Below, piece by piece: positions 10,281 through 22,860 of a DNA stretch of 38,139 nucleotides (its first letter is position 1; each line of letters starts with the position of its first letter). The stretch lies in the NCBI RefSeq assembly GCF_001194135.2, contig NC_068987.1, positions 39,558,780 to 39,596,918 on the forward strand, read 5' to 3'. The position numbers and the translations under genes are program-made. This DNA comes from Octopus bimaculoides (taxonomy: Eukaryota). Under the pieces are notes generated by a model. It was not told the DNA's origin and did no database searches. It saw nothing but the letters and a program-made list of their open reading frames with translations.

Positions 10281-13230
10281 AAGACATAACACAGTATCCA
10301 ATATTGTGACGTTGTTATTTGAAGATATTGTGTCTACTGGGGGTTTGTACTGTCTGTCAAGTTACAACAAGGACCTCAGATTGACTGTACTTTATGCAAT
10401 ATGTGTACAGTTCCAAGTGTACACATATTGCATTTTTTGCAATACACCTAGATTGTAGGGTATTTCTGAAGTTTCCAGATGTTTCTTCAGCTTGTCCCTG
10501 TTGTCAGCTCCAATGACAACAGGGACAACCTTTATATTTGACTCTTGTAGCTGCCACATCTTGGCAATCTCAATTCTCAGGTCTCCATATTTATCCATCT
10601 TTTCTCTTTCTTTCATGATGATATGTTGATCACCTGGCACTGCCATGTTGATTATTAAGCACTCTTGTTTGTCCCTCCTAAAGGTTACTATATCCAACCT
10701 TTGATGCTCTAAGAGGATTTTTGCCTTCCCCTTTTCATCCATTACTTTTTCTGATGTTATCCATACTTCTGGCATAGTGGCCAGTGAAGGTTTTTGGACT
10801 ACCTTGTTGTGTCTGCACTTGTACTCTCTCTGCACAAGATTTTCACAAACACTAATAATGTGAGACACGCTTTCGACCCTCTTCCCACACATTCTGCAGA
10901 GGTTCATTGCACTTCTGTGGTATATATCCCTTTTCACTGAGTTGGTATTCAATGTCTGATCCTGGGCAGTGAGGATTAGGCTTTCAGTCTTCTTTTTTAG
11001 GTCACCCTTGCTGAGCTACCTCCATGATGCTTCCTGGTCTTCTAAGTTGTTAGTTTCATGATGGAACTAACCATGTAATTTCATGTGGAGTAGAGTTTCT
11101 TCTCTCACATTGGCTATCTGTGATTGGAATTCATTAGCACTCTCATGTCTCACTCTCTTGGTAAATCCTTCTGCATTAGTAGTATACTGTAGCGGGTCAT
11201 GTGTGTTGTTTACCAAATATTCTGCTGTGTTTCTTCTTTCACTGTTGATGCACTATCATATGCTAATCAGCCCACATCCATCTTTACACCTCTTCATGTA
11301 GAGCCTGTGTATATTCACCTTAGGGTGGAGGGCACCATGGATTGTCATAGTCTTTTGGGTAGTGTGATCCAGTTGGTTAATCTCTGCTTGTGTCCATTTT
11401 AGGATGGGTGCACTATAGCAGATTACAGCAACAGCCCATATATTGATGGCAGTCAGAGTTCTTTGGGTTCAGTTTTGATTTCAAGAGAAATTTGGGGTGC
11501 TTCAAACATGCAGTGATGACCTTGTCTTTCATTTCTCTGTGCAAGATATTTCCCAGCTCCGGGATCTCAGCTCTTCTATTCTCTCACCATTTGGCAATTC
11601 TATGCCCCTACAATCTGCTCTTTTCTCCCATTTCAAAGTGAGCACCACACACTTCGAGATACTAAATTCCATCCCTGTATCCTTGCTGCACATTTGCACA
11701 GTCTCAGCCAGCCTCTCCATTTCAGGTTCTGTTTTTGTGAACAGTTTTAAATCATCCATGAAGAGGTGGTTGAGACATGGTCCATTCTTTCTCAGCTCAT
11801 AGTGCGCGTTGACTACAGAAAGTGGGAAAGGTGAACAAGAGTCTCCCAGGAAGATACTTCTTTTACTTGTTACCTTGGGTAAGAGCTGGTTGTTACAGAA
11901 AAGATGTGTTTTCCAACTAAGCATGCTGTTCTTAATCAATGTATATGTTCTCAGCTATTCCACACAGGTCAAGTGTTTTCAAAATCCATGAATGCGACAA
12001 CATACATTTTAAGCTTTTTTAAAGTCTATCCAGGCTATGCACAAGTTTTTCTGGTATTGGTTGCAGTTCTTCATTACAACCTTGTCTATCACAAGGTGGT
12101 TCTTGGTGCCCTTGGATCTTTTTTGTCATCCTTTTTGTTCTACTGGAAGTAGATTATTTTCTGCAAGGAACATATATATTTCCCCTGTGAGGATGCCTGT
12201 TAACACTTTCCATAAGAGGTTAAGGCAAGCAATGGGCCGGTAATTGCCAACCTCATTGCCCTTTGATCAATCTTTCATCAACAATGTTGTCTTTCTCTCT
12301 ACAATCCACTCCGGAACTGCACCACTTTGCAGTCAATTATCTAATTGCAATGCAATTTGCTTGTGTGTTGACCTAAACCACTTGAACCAGTAGCCTTGAA
12401 TTCCATCAGGTCCTGCTGCTTTCTAGTTTGGCAGTTTTGATACCTGTGAGATTACATCTTCCGTTGTTATGTGCACATGGTCTTGTCATGAAGCCTCTGG
12501 ACGATGGAGTTCAGATCTCATGGAATGAATCCACTCAGCACCGTAGTTGTGGGAAACTTCTTGTCTCCAGATGTTATTTCAAAATTGGTGGGTTTCCTCT
12601 GCTTCAGGAGGTATATTATCTTCTGTATCTCCTCCTAAGCTCTTAAAAAACTGCTTCTGGTTATTTGAGAATAATCTGTTTTGCTGCAACTGCAATATGC
12701 AATCAGTGTAGCATTGCATATTTAATGTTTTTGCCCACATATGTTGTTTTAGGGTTTCAATAACAGTTTTGAACCCTATCTGTTCTATTTGGTATTTTGC
12801 ATCAAGATATGCCCTTGCACCTTTTTTAACATTTTTCCATTGCCCCATTCTTCAGTGCGACTCAGATCCAATTCTCCGCTTCCACCATGGTTCTTTCTGT
12901 CCATCTGCTCTCCTCTCTTTCTTTTCAACCAGTTCACCTACTAAAATTGAAGTGGATCTGATCAAGTCCCTTGTTTCTGTTAGATCTCTTGCCAGAATGT
13001 ATTTCAGAATCTCATCAACCTTTTGGGTTGTGCATTTCACATTATTATGGTCGAAGCTTCTTAAATTCACCAGCTTGGTTTCTGTTCTTGTAGTTATTTT
13101 ATACTTGAGTCTTATCCTGAGGTTTCTTTGTTCCTCAGTCAAATCCTCTTGTAATACAAGGTTTTCTACATTATATTGATTGGCCGGCCTCTCCTCTACT
13201 ACTTTACCTTGCCTATGGATTCTCTGATCT
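10281..13230 (-). mobile_element. R4/Dong-clade non-LTR retrotransposon (RT + CCHC + RLE), 5'-truncated, ~2.9 kb
   Basis: Minus strand: KEPWWKRRI; GPDGIQGYWFK; GNYRPIACLNLLWKVLTG; HLFMDDLKLF...GMEFSISKC; CRMCGKRVESVSHIISVC...EYKCRHNKV; RLDIV...CLIINMAVPGD...EKMDKYGDLRIEIAKMW...VVPVVIGA. (TAA)n-like tracts at both ends. Confidence 0.9.
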
Positions 13231-13261
13231 TCTTATTACTATTACTATTCTCTAACACGGA

Positions 13262-13480
13262 AAGCTGGCAGAATTGTTAGAATACTGGGTGAAATGCTTA
13301 GTGGTATTTTGTCTGCCACTACATTCTGAGTTCAAATTCCACTGAAGTTGACTTTGCCTTTCATACTTACGGGGTCAATTAAATAAGTATCAGTTATGCA
13401 CTGGGGTCGATGTAATTGACTTAATCCCTTCCCCAAAATTTGAGGCTGTGTGCTTCCAGTAGAAAGAATTATTATTACTA
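13262..13480 (+). mobile_element. tRNA-derived SINE with Nin-type central domain
   Basis: A-box-like AGCTGGCAGAATTG and B-box GTTCAAATTCC (13330-13340). Body GACTTTGCCTTTCAT...GGGGTC...AAATAAGTATCAGT...CACTGGGGTCGATGTAATTGACTTAA resembles the Nin domain as I recall it. Confidence 0.8.
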
Positions 13481-13489
13481 TTCTCCTTA

Positions 13490-14340
13490 GATGGGGTTGG
13501 TGAGTTATGTCTATTAAATTTGCACTTATTAGATGCAACTATGATGGATTCGATGCTTGGTGTAGTGGAATAGAATAATTTAAGTGTGGATTAAAGATTG
13601 AGTGATACTTGTGTGGTGGGAAGTTTGAATTGATAATGGTAAAGAATTGTTGGGTCAGACCCTTAACATTTAAAGAGAAGTAGGGTGTATACTAGAGTAT
13701 ATTTCTCTCCCCACTTCTAATAAGTAATCCAGGGGGGAGGGGGGCATAGAATTCAAATTTCCAGTGGGTATTTGGGATGTAACTCTATCTTCAGGATTAT
13801 ATTTTGCATGAGTTATTTTGAGGTGTGGCAGAGGCAGTTAGAAGCATTCAGTAAGTTATTTGTTGTGGTGCAGGGCATTGAGCTGAGGGTTCCTATTTCT
13901 AGTGGAGAGTGATATCTTTATTGTTTTGGGGTACCTAGAATTAAGATTTAATTGCACTAGGTAGTTCTTAGGCTTAGTGTTAGACAAGAAATTTATTTTG
14001 ATTGTAATAAGTGGTGTGGTTATTAAAAATTTCCTCAGTTGCAGGCAGATCATAAATCCTAATAAAAATGCCTCTAATGACACTATTTAAAATACATCTA
14101 TGGTGATTAGAGTGAAAATTGATGTACTTCAGGTATTTGTTAGGCTTATGGTATGGGGAATATACCAAAGCATTTAAATCTAAGATTACATTGAGGAAGT
14201 CAACTTTTTAGTGTAGTCCTCAAATGTCATTACTGCATATTTGAAGTATATTTGAAGCTAAAGTTAGCAAAGAACTTATTGAGGGCCTTTCTAGTTCGCT
14301 GAAGAGCTGATGTGGAGAGACCAGTAGTGACCAAGAGAGC
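13490..14340 (-). mobile_element. Penelope-like element fragment (RT C-terminus and linker)
   Basis: Minus strand: YHKPNKYLKYINFHSNH...ILNSVIRGIFIRI...TEEIFNNHTTYY; FFTIINSNFPPHKYHSIFNP; TLKLFYSTTPSIESII. These match PLE motifs (KPN..YI...SNHP; KHFP..HKIFN; KVSYS). Confidence 0.75.
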
Positions 14341-14369
14341 ATTGTCTCCATGAAGGATTTTACAGAAAT

Positions 14370-14470
14370 GATGCTCATCATCATGATCATGATCATCATA
14401 TTTTGAACATCAGCATGATAGTCATGATCATCATCATCATTAATAACAATGTCATCATAATCTTCATTAT
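14370..14470. repeat. Degenerate (CAT)n tract
   Basis: Direct reading. Confidence 0.9.
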
Positions 14471-16557
14471 TATTTTTATCATCAAATAGATAAATAAATT
14501 AAAAAACAAGTCAATTATAAATAATAAAAAAAATGTAAAGACATTTGATTTTACTGTTGGACAAGTTTTATTACCTGAATTGAAAACCAACATGAGTTAG
14601 AAGAGAGAAATTTGAGTTCAAATTTGACACTTTAAAATAAAAGCTTGAACAAAATCTTATAGTGACACTGAAATTGCAGTGAAACTATGTCTACATTTGG
14701 TTTAAATCAATGATGGCTTGACAGGTTTAATAACAGATGGAAACAAATTGATAAATTGTTTAAAATTTACATCAATTTCAAAACCTCTATCATTTATAAT
14801 ATACAACTTTTCTTTTTAATTCATCAATGTTCATTGTTCAACAGACAAATAATCAACAACTTTTATATAAAAAAAAGGATGGGGCCTGATTCTGTATAAT
14901 AACAGCACAATCTAGCAACATCTACAAAAATAATTGCATCAACAATCCATAGGGTTTCTTTTTAGAAGAAAATAAAAAATAAACTTGACTGTAAATGGTG
15001 AAAACAGTTAACATTGATTGAAGATAGATTTCAGATAGAGAATAATAGTTTTGCTTCTAACCATTAATTAACCCATATTCAGACAAACTCATGTAAACTG
15101 ATTATATTATTGGTTTATTTCAGAAATAGGGTTATATAAATCAAATAGTCGATATAATCTTTTTTTCTTTTTCCATTTTATATAAGAAAATCTTTTTTCA
15201 ATCCAAATTCTTTTCAAGAAGACACTTAAATTTTGATTTACAAAAGGTTTTCCATGGAAGAAAAACAAAATCCTTCCCATATGTACACAGTAATAAAGTA
15301 AATTTTACAATGGACATATATTACATTGATGGTTCTTTCTTTTAATGACCATCGTTTTTTTTTTCTTTGACATGATATAATTTGTTTGATTGAGATTTGA
15401 CTTAGCTTCAATACTGTACAGTTTCCTTTGAGATGAATTATTCTGTTTGATTTTCATATTTAGTTTACTTAATTTTACTGTAATATACTATTTAAAAAGT
15501 GTCTTATTTAGAGTTACAATGTCACTAAAACCACACACATGTTAATAATGTAACTTTATTTGGCAACATTTAGAAAATAAACACTAAATCATACAGAGAA
15601 AATCTTAAGACCTATAACCTAAACAAAGGTTACACAGCAATATATATTGTTGTAGTGTTTGGTAGGGATTGTTAAGTTTATCTCTTTTTTTTAGCTTTGA
15701 GATCATTTATATTTAGATTATTTATATTTGGGATTTGAGCAAACTTTGCTTGTACCACTATAAGAAATCACTATCATTATTTTGATTACTATTTTTGTGT
15801 TTCTAGCATTTTACTATTCAATTAATGTAAGAGATTTGATAGTAGCTATAAGGCTTTGAGCTAAACCTTCCCATTATATTGTTATTAATTATGGTGGGAT
15901 GTATGAGGGTTAGAAAAAACCCCATTTTTCTCTCGTTAAATAAGTAAAATAGTTAAGTGGAAACTATAACCTATAATATTATGTAATAATATTGAATTTT
16001 CTCAAAACTATCATATAGCAAGGTTATACTTGGTTGGATCTACTATGATAAAGAAATGTACTTCATGATAGATAACTGTTACTAAAACAAGTTTCTGTTA
16101 ATGTACTTTACACATCTTATGATGCAATCCAAAGGAACATCTCTCGGGAATTATTTCTAGCCTAAACTTACTGTAAATATCATGTTCAATATAGTTTAAA
16201 TTTCAATTGGAAGTAATATCAGTGAGTAAAGGCAACCAAAAGAACTGGTGTAAAATTGAAAAATAGCATGAAAAATGATAATGGTTAAGGTAGGAACTTT
16301 TCATGAAGAATTTTATAATGAAGTAAGAAATATTACAAGTGCTATAAATTATACATGATTTTCATTTCAAGAGAAAAAATATAAGAAAAAACACTGGTAT
16401 GATTTTAGTTAAATTGTAACAAGTTTTTATTTAAAAATTCATAAAATTGAATTTATTTCCAATATAATTTCTATTCTGTCCTGATTACTCACAATTCTGT
16501 TTTTCTTCAAATATAATTGATGTTAAAAAAATTAATATACAAATAAAACAATAATAT

Positions 16558-16843
16558 AATTTTGTTGTGTCTGGGAAGAGTCATAGTGCCTTAATATAAC
16601 ACACTCACTGGTTCAATTTCCACTTGTTTAGTTATTTATTTATTCCAGAAAGCTTTTTCATAGCTGCATTTGCGACTGTATCAATGAATTTTGACTCTGA
16701 TCATCCAAAGTCAATATCCATTGATATAGTCGCAAATGTGGTGATGAAAAAATTTCCTGGAATAAATAAATAAATAAATGGAAATTGAATTGGTGAGTGT
16801 ATTATATTAAGGCTCTATGACTTTCTCCAGACACAACAAAATT
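16558..16843. repeat. 286-bp imperfect palindrome (MITE/foldback-like)
   Basis: Begins AATTTTGTTGTGTCTGG and ends CCAGACACAACAAAATT. The arms pair almost to the centre. Confidence 0.9.
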
Positions 16844-17119
16844 TGTTTCAATGCAAGAATTCACATAAGGAATCTTGCAAACCAGATACAAAATCAATAA
16901 TACAAAGCCTTTTATATAATAATACTTTCCAAGCAATTAAGAAAATAAACTGAGAAGATTGTGTACAAATAGTTTTCTGTGAATAAGGAATAGTTTAACA
17001 TAAGTATATATTATTAGAGTAAAGCAGAACATCAGTATATCTTATTCTGGTACATTTTAGAGCAGACATATGCACTGTGGAAGTAGCCAATTGGAGCATC
17101 ACTAGAGCACCAGAAAAAT

Positions 17120-17310
17120 TCTTTGCAAAATTACTTTTGGGTCATTACATTCTAAGTGCAAATTCCACCAAGGGAAAATTCCTTCCATTCTGTCAAGGTT
17201 GATAAAATAATACACCAGTCCATAGCATAATTGTTGCACAACTGTCACAACATTGAACAAAATATTTTAGGCATTTGTACTGGCTATACATTCTGAGTGT
17301 CTAAGATGTT
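17120..17310 (+). mobile_element. Old SINE remnants (same family as 13262)
   Basis: TACATTCT(A/G)AGT...AAATTCCAC...CCTT.CAT...GATAAAATAA...CCAGT resembles 13320-13400. Confidence 0.45.
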
Positions 17311-17859
17311 GCAGTCTTTATTTAGCCAACAAAATGATGTTGTGTAAAAAAAAAAAAAATAGCTGACAAAAGACAATGGGAAACCATCTTTGTATTTGCC
17401 CATAGAAATCCATGGCAAGCACTTAATATTAGTGAAGGAAGACACCAGCAGTCATTTGTTGACCAGATGCATAGGAAGAAGTAAAGTATGCACCATTGTT
17501 ATGATTTAGCTAAATATTTGTCTTAATTATACTGATAATCAAAGTGCTCAAGTCACGAACATCTTGTCTTCATATATTAAAGATAGCATTGTCAATGCAA
17601 TATCTTTATTTCAGAGTTGTGGTTATTTCTTACAGGGAGCTTAGCAATAAAGGCCTGAATTAGATTTATGTGACAATATCTGTGTGTGTGTGCATGCATA
17701 CACACATAAATATACACACACACACATATATAACTGAATCAACCAGACTATTGGATGTGGTTATATACCCCTGGTTACAATGTGCTTCCTTGCAACCTAA
17801 CCACTAGGCCACTTGCCGTCATGTATGCATGTGTGTGTGTGTGTAATGTATATATATAC

Positions 17860-19950
17860 ATACATGACAACTGGAAATTTCTATAAAATAATCTGCTAAG
17901 GGCAATGAATCAGACATGTGGCTGGAGCAAGATTCTAGCTAAGCTAAAAGTAACACAGAGATGAGATGATAAGGTTGATAGGGCAGGCAAGGCTAAGAGA
18001 CAGACTTAGAAAGCCTAGAAAGAAGGTGGTAGTAGAGAGCATTATCTAATGATTAGAAAGGTGTCTAGGTGACAGATATATTTGGCAGAAAAGTGAGGCA
18101 GAAAGTGAGACAGAAAGTGAGGCAACATGAGGATCAGAGGCATTAAGTATTCTGGATGTTGAAGGCACACTCATTGTTGATATGGAACAAATGAAATTGG
18201 TGGTGAAATGCTATCATGAAAGATTGATGAATATGAAGAACACAAGATAAACAAGGATTACCCCATGCTGACTCAGCAGAGGGACCAGTAATTCAAATTG
18301 ACAGCAGCTTGATAGATAAAGTAAACAAAGATATGAAGAGAGGGAAATCTGTGGGTCTATCAGGGATACTTAAAATAGTTGGTGAGGTAAGATACAAGGC
18401 TACCACTTGGGTTCAAGTCATTTAGGAAGGTGTCATACCCAATGGCTGGTATAGCAGCAGCATCATAAACTACTACAAGGCCAAAGGAGATGCCTTAGAG
18501 AGAAGCAACTCTAGATGAATCAAACTACAGGACAAGGTTATGAAGGTCTTGGAGCGAGTCAGAGCAACTGATTCATGACAAATGTAGACCTAGATGAGAT
18601 GCAGTTTGGTTGTGCCTCTTGAAGAGGCACCACAGATGCAATTTTCCTACTTAGGTAACTGTTGGAGAAATACTTGGCTAAGAATAAACCACTATTGATT
18701 TTTGTTAAATTGATGAAAACTTTTGACAAGATACCATGCTTAAGAATTTACTGGTCACTGAGGAAACTAGGGGAAGAGGAACAGTTTTGAGGATGGTACA
18801 AATTGTGTACAAAGATGCAGTAAGTAAAGTGAGAGTCAGCAATGATTTCAGTGACAAATTTAGTGTGAAAGTAGGAGTCCATAAAGTTTCAGTTCTCAGC
18901 CCTCTCCAATTCATCATAGGCCTATAGGCCATCACACTCCTATATAATGATCTAGTTCTCATAGCTAAGTCTATGAGGGAATTAGAAAGGAAATTTCAGG
19001 TATGGAAACTAACCTAGAATTGAGAATTCTTAAGGTAAACCTAGCAAACACAATGGTTTTAGTAAATAGGAAAGAAGACAAGACCTTGTTCAGTTTGCAA
19101 AAAAGGAGTAGGTATAAACTGCATATGCTGTAGCTAATGCAAGCTATGAACGCACAAGAGATGTTATGGAATTACAGGCAAGCTATCTAAGAATGTAAGC
19201 TTTGTATGTGACAGATGTATTGGAACAGTATGTAGGAGCACGCTGGAAATAGTTTCTCTTAAATGCCCAAATGGTTCACAAGAAGTAGTTGATACTTTTC
19301 ATTACCAAGGAGATGTAATTAGCAAGGGAGATGTTTGCTCTAAGAATTTAGTAGCCAGAGCATGAACAGGTTATAGAAAGTTCAGGGAGTCGATACATCT
19401 GCTAATGACAAAGATGTTTTCCTTGCTATGGACATGAGATGCACATGGATAAGGACAACTGTATAAAGAAGTATCAATCACTAAAAGTGGATGGAACTTG
19501 TGGAAGAGAGAGACACACACACACAGAGGAAGACAAAGGACAAGGTGGTAAAGACCGATCTCATGACCTTCAACCTCCCAGAGAAAAGCACAAAGGACCA
19601 AGATGGCTACTAATATGCAGTTTTTGAGAAGACCAGCCCACATCAGTGTAACTAAGCTCCAGAGAGCTGAGTGTGTGTGTATAAGCACAATTCTGCCCAA
19701 TTCCCTTTCTGCTCACTCTCCACCCATACTTACAATGATCATCCCCTACCTTCCACAGTGTCATCAAATTCTCTCTCATTTCCTCTATCTTACATCCCAT
19801 CCTCCTCTTACACTAACTTTACCCGTCTCTTTATTCTTCTAGCATAAAGTTCCCTCTCCCTGTTTAAGGTTCATAATCTTCCAGGCAGCATGGTGACTCA
19901 CTTATACTAGTGGCTTGAAAAAGGCATCCAGTACATACTGTAAAGTGGTT
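17860..19950 (+). mobile_element. Second RTE LINE copy, older and more decayed
   Basis: QTCGWSK, MQFG...RGTTDAIFL, MVQIVYKDAVSKVRVSNDFSDKFSVKVGVHKVSVLSPL, HMDKDNCIKKYQSLKVDGTCGR, then a pyrimidine-rich UTR. Confidence 0.85.
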
Positions 19951-21130
19951 TTATTCCTAAAAAAAATGAACAGAACTTTATAAGGAAATAAAGATAAAGA
20001 GGTTATAACTTCAAAAAAGAAATTATATTAAACTAGATTAACACAGTTATTTATTTATGTGTGTGTGGAATTTAATGGGACTCATCTTGTATATACATTA
20101 GGAATTTGTAATTAGTATATACAATAGTAATGAGCCAACTTTATTAATTTCAATCACTGTGGCATAATTTATTGTTTGGTAGTAAAGAGAATTTGAATCA
20201 TGCTTTAATTTATAATTTCCCAAAATGCCACACCCTCTAATATAGTTATCATTATCATTGGCCTTGTACCTATGTTAGAAATACTTATTATCATTATTTA
20301 TTAACATATCAGCATTATTGCTTTTTAACAACTTGAAATTTTTATATTGCAGGAATTTATTTGGATGTTGACAGTGTAAAAATATAACCCCGACACAAGG
20401 AAGGAATGTGTGTATAAATGTATGTGTCTCTCTCTCTCTCTCTCTCTCTCTCTTTGTAAATATTAATATATATATATATATATATATACACATACATATA
20501 TATTACATTTTACATTGTGGCCACATTTCCTGATATAGAATTACTTCAATCAACCATTATCTTTCAAAAACAATTTATGTAAATTCTGCAAATACTGTGT
20601 ATGGAGATATATATAAATAAGCTAGTAATTAAAAATATCTTTTAACAACTAAAGATAGACTATAGTTTTCAATTGTTTATGAATATATTATTAGATAGCA
20701 GGCAATTAGCTTACAGAAAGACACTATATTAACGAGGTTGAGTTTTAAAGCCNNNNNNNNNNNNNNNNNNNNNNNNNNNNNNNNNNNNNNNNNNNNNNNN
20801 NNNNNNNNNNNNNNNNNNNNNNNNNNNNNNNNNNNNNNNNNNNNNNNNNNNNNNNNNNNNNNNNNNNNNNNNNNNNNNNNNNNNNNNNNNNNNNNNNNNN
20901 NNNNNNNNNNNNNNNNNNNNNNNNNNNNNNNNNNNNNNNNNNNNNNNNNNNNNNNNNNNNNNNNNNNNNNNNNNNNNNNNNNNNNNNNNNNNNNNNNNNN
21001 NNNNNNNNNNNNNNNNNNNNNNNNNNNNNNNNNNNNNNNNNNNNNNNNNNNNNNNNNNNNNNNNNNNNNNNNNNNNNNNNNNNNNNNNNNNNNNNNNNNN
21101 NNNNNNNNNNNNNNNNNNNNNNNNNNNNNN

Positions 21131-21205
21131 CAACTGTAGCCACAGCCTGACCAAAGCCTTGTGAGGTACATGGAAAATGAAAGAAGCTCATCAATGTGTG
21201 TGTGT
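21131..21205 (+). mobile_element. 3' part of a CORE-type SINE with (GT)n tail
   Basis: GACCAAAGCCTTGTGAG...GAAAATGAAAGAAGC matches the reverse complement of 37325-37370. Confidence 0.55.
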
Positions 21206-21223
21206 ACACATATATATATATAT

Positions 21224-21224
<1 letters not shown>

Positions 21225-21258
<34 letters not shown>

Positions 21259-21830
21259 TTAATGTCCATTTTCCATGCTGGCATGGGTTGGATGGTTTGA
21301 CAGGAGTCAACAAGTTGGAGTAGAGTGCCAAGCCCTAGTGTATACTTTGGTATGGTTTCTATGGTCTAATACCCTTCCTAATGCCAATCACTTCATAGTG
21401 TACTGGGTACATTTTATGTGGCTCCAATACTACTAACATCACCAAGAACTTGCAAAACAAGACCCCTTAACAGAGGTGGGGGTGTAGTATTGAGGGAATT
21501 GCCTTAATGTCAGCTGATGAGAGCCTGAAGTGAGATAGAGGAACAGAAACAGGTGTCTTGCAGAGGAGGAGATACATGGCTACCTAAGATGAAAAAGGAT
21601 AGAAGATGGTGAAGAGGTATCAGGACCAAATTACAGGAAGGTGAATATAAGAGAAATCAACCAGAAGATTAGACAAGGTGAAAGGGTAAATAAGTAAGTT
21701 TGCAAGAGTGTGAAAGGAGAGTGGCTGAAGATGGATAAAGATGAGGAAGGTAGTGAATGGTGAACATGAGTAGAGGAGTGGTCAATGGAAAATATCAGTT
21801 CGGAGGAAGAAAGAGGATTGGGACGGGGAG
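21225..21830 (-). mobile_element. RTE 3' UTR and tail, minus strand
   Basis: (CAT)n followed by TTTAATGTCCATTTTCCATGCTGGCATGGG. ACAGAAACAGGTGTCTTGC (21543-21561) and GGAGATACATGG are reverse complements of sequence at about 8043-8061 and about 7945. Confidence 0.8.
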
Positions 21831-22039
21831 GTCTCACACACACACACACACACACACACAATGATGTCAATAATTTTTTTAACTTTCAAGAGAATGTGAA
21901 ATAGTTCTCTTGAATCTCATGCAAAGTACACAGGCAGCCTTTGAATTTTTCAATCCAATATCTAAATACTATTATTTGTAGCTTTATGGAGCCCTGAGAT
22001 TCCAAAAACAAAAGTGTGTGTGTGTGTGTGTGTGTGTGT

Positions 22040-22222
22040 TGCATCCTTGGCTTGACATCATGTAATGGTCATTGGCCAAGGGGAAATATTACCTTACATG
22101 GAAACAGGTGAGGGTTGGTGACAGGAAGGATATCCCATGATAAAAAAATCTAGCTCAATAAATTCTGCCTGACCCCATGCAAGCACGAAAAAGAGGACAT
22201 TAAAATGATGATGATGATGATA
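22040..22222 (+). mobile_element. SINE 3' region with RTE-type tail after (GT)n
   Basis: GGAAACAGGTGAGGGTTGG.GACAGGAAGG...CTGACCCCATGCAAGCA.GAAAA..GGAC.TTAAAAT(GAT)n. Confidence 0.65.
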
Positions 22223-22689
22223 TATATCTCTTTCATTCTTCCTGAGCGTCAAACTAATACACCACCATGTTGTTCCCTCATCTATCTTTGTCTTTTGTTT
22301 CCTGTAAATTTGAACTATATATATATATATATCATTTAATACACACAGGATTTAAAAGTGAGCACCTATTAGTTTTATGTCTCTGAAAATATAATGGTCG
22401 GACAAGCTTGTATAGTGTGGTGTGTATCTTCAGGTAATTATTCACACTCAAAACACAACAGGGTTGTTCTTTGAGAAAAAGTGTGATAGAGAGCAAGAAA
22501 AAGTTTTAAAAAGTGGGGAATGAGGAAAAAAATTAGGGAAAAAGGTAAGAGTTGTGTTCCTTCAGTTAGAATTGGAATTAGTAAGAATAGTGTAATTAGT
22601 TAAACAGTGAAAGATTAAAGTCTATGAGACTGCATGCTTGGAGAGGTTGGTATTTTTCACACTCAATGATAGAAACTTGTCTAGATGCT

Positions 22690-22860
22690 TACATTTATTC
22701 ATAATTTAGGATCTAAAATTCAGTACTTAAATCTAAAAGGGACATGTGATCTTTTGGTTATACAAAGCCTGCATCAACCACCATTTTCTTTACAACACTT
22801 AGAAAAGAAAAACATAGAATTAGCTAGCCATATCTGGGATCTGAAGATCAATAGCTCAAT
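22690..22860 (+). mobile_element. Penelope-like GIY-YIG region fragment
   Basis: FSLQHLEKKNIELASHIWDLK resembles the PLE endonuclease motif SF...K..TELSKHIW.LK. Confidence 0.5.

Noticed and set aside
13262-13345. tRNA gene
   Set aside because: A and B boxes are present but there is no cloverleaf, and it continues into a SINE body. The same applies to the weak A-box-like remnant at about 17790-17815 on the minus strand.
13490-14340. Possible mitochondrial insertion (NUMT), suggested by G/T strand skew
   Set aside because: No mitochondrial gene motifs; the minus strand gives Penelope-like RT motifs instead.
21514-21550. Hammerhead-like CTGATGA...GAAAC
   Set aside because: No stem II closing pair (AGAAA rather than CGAAA), no flanking helices found, and it lies antisense within an RTE UTR.
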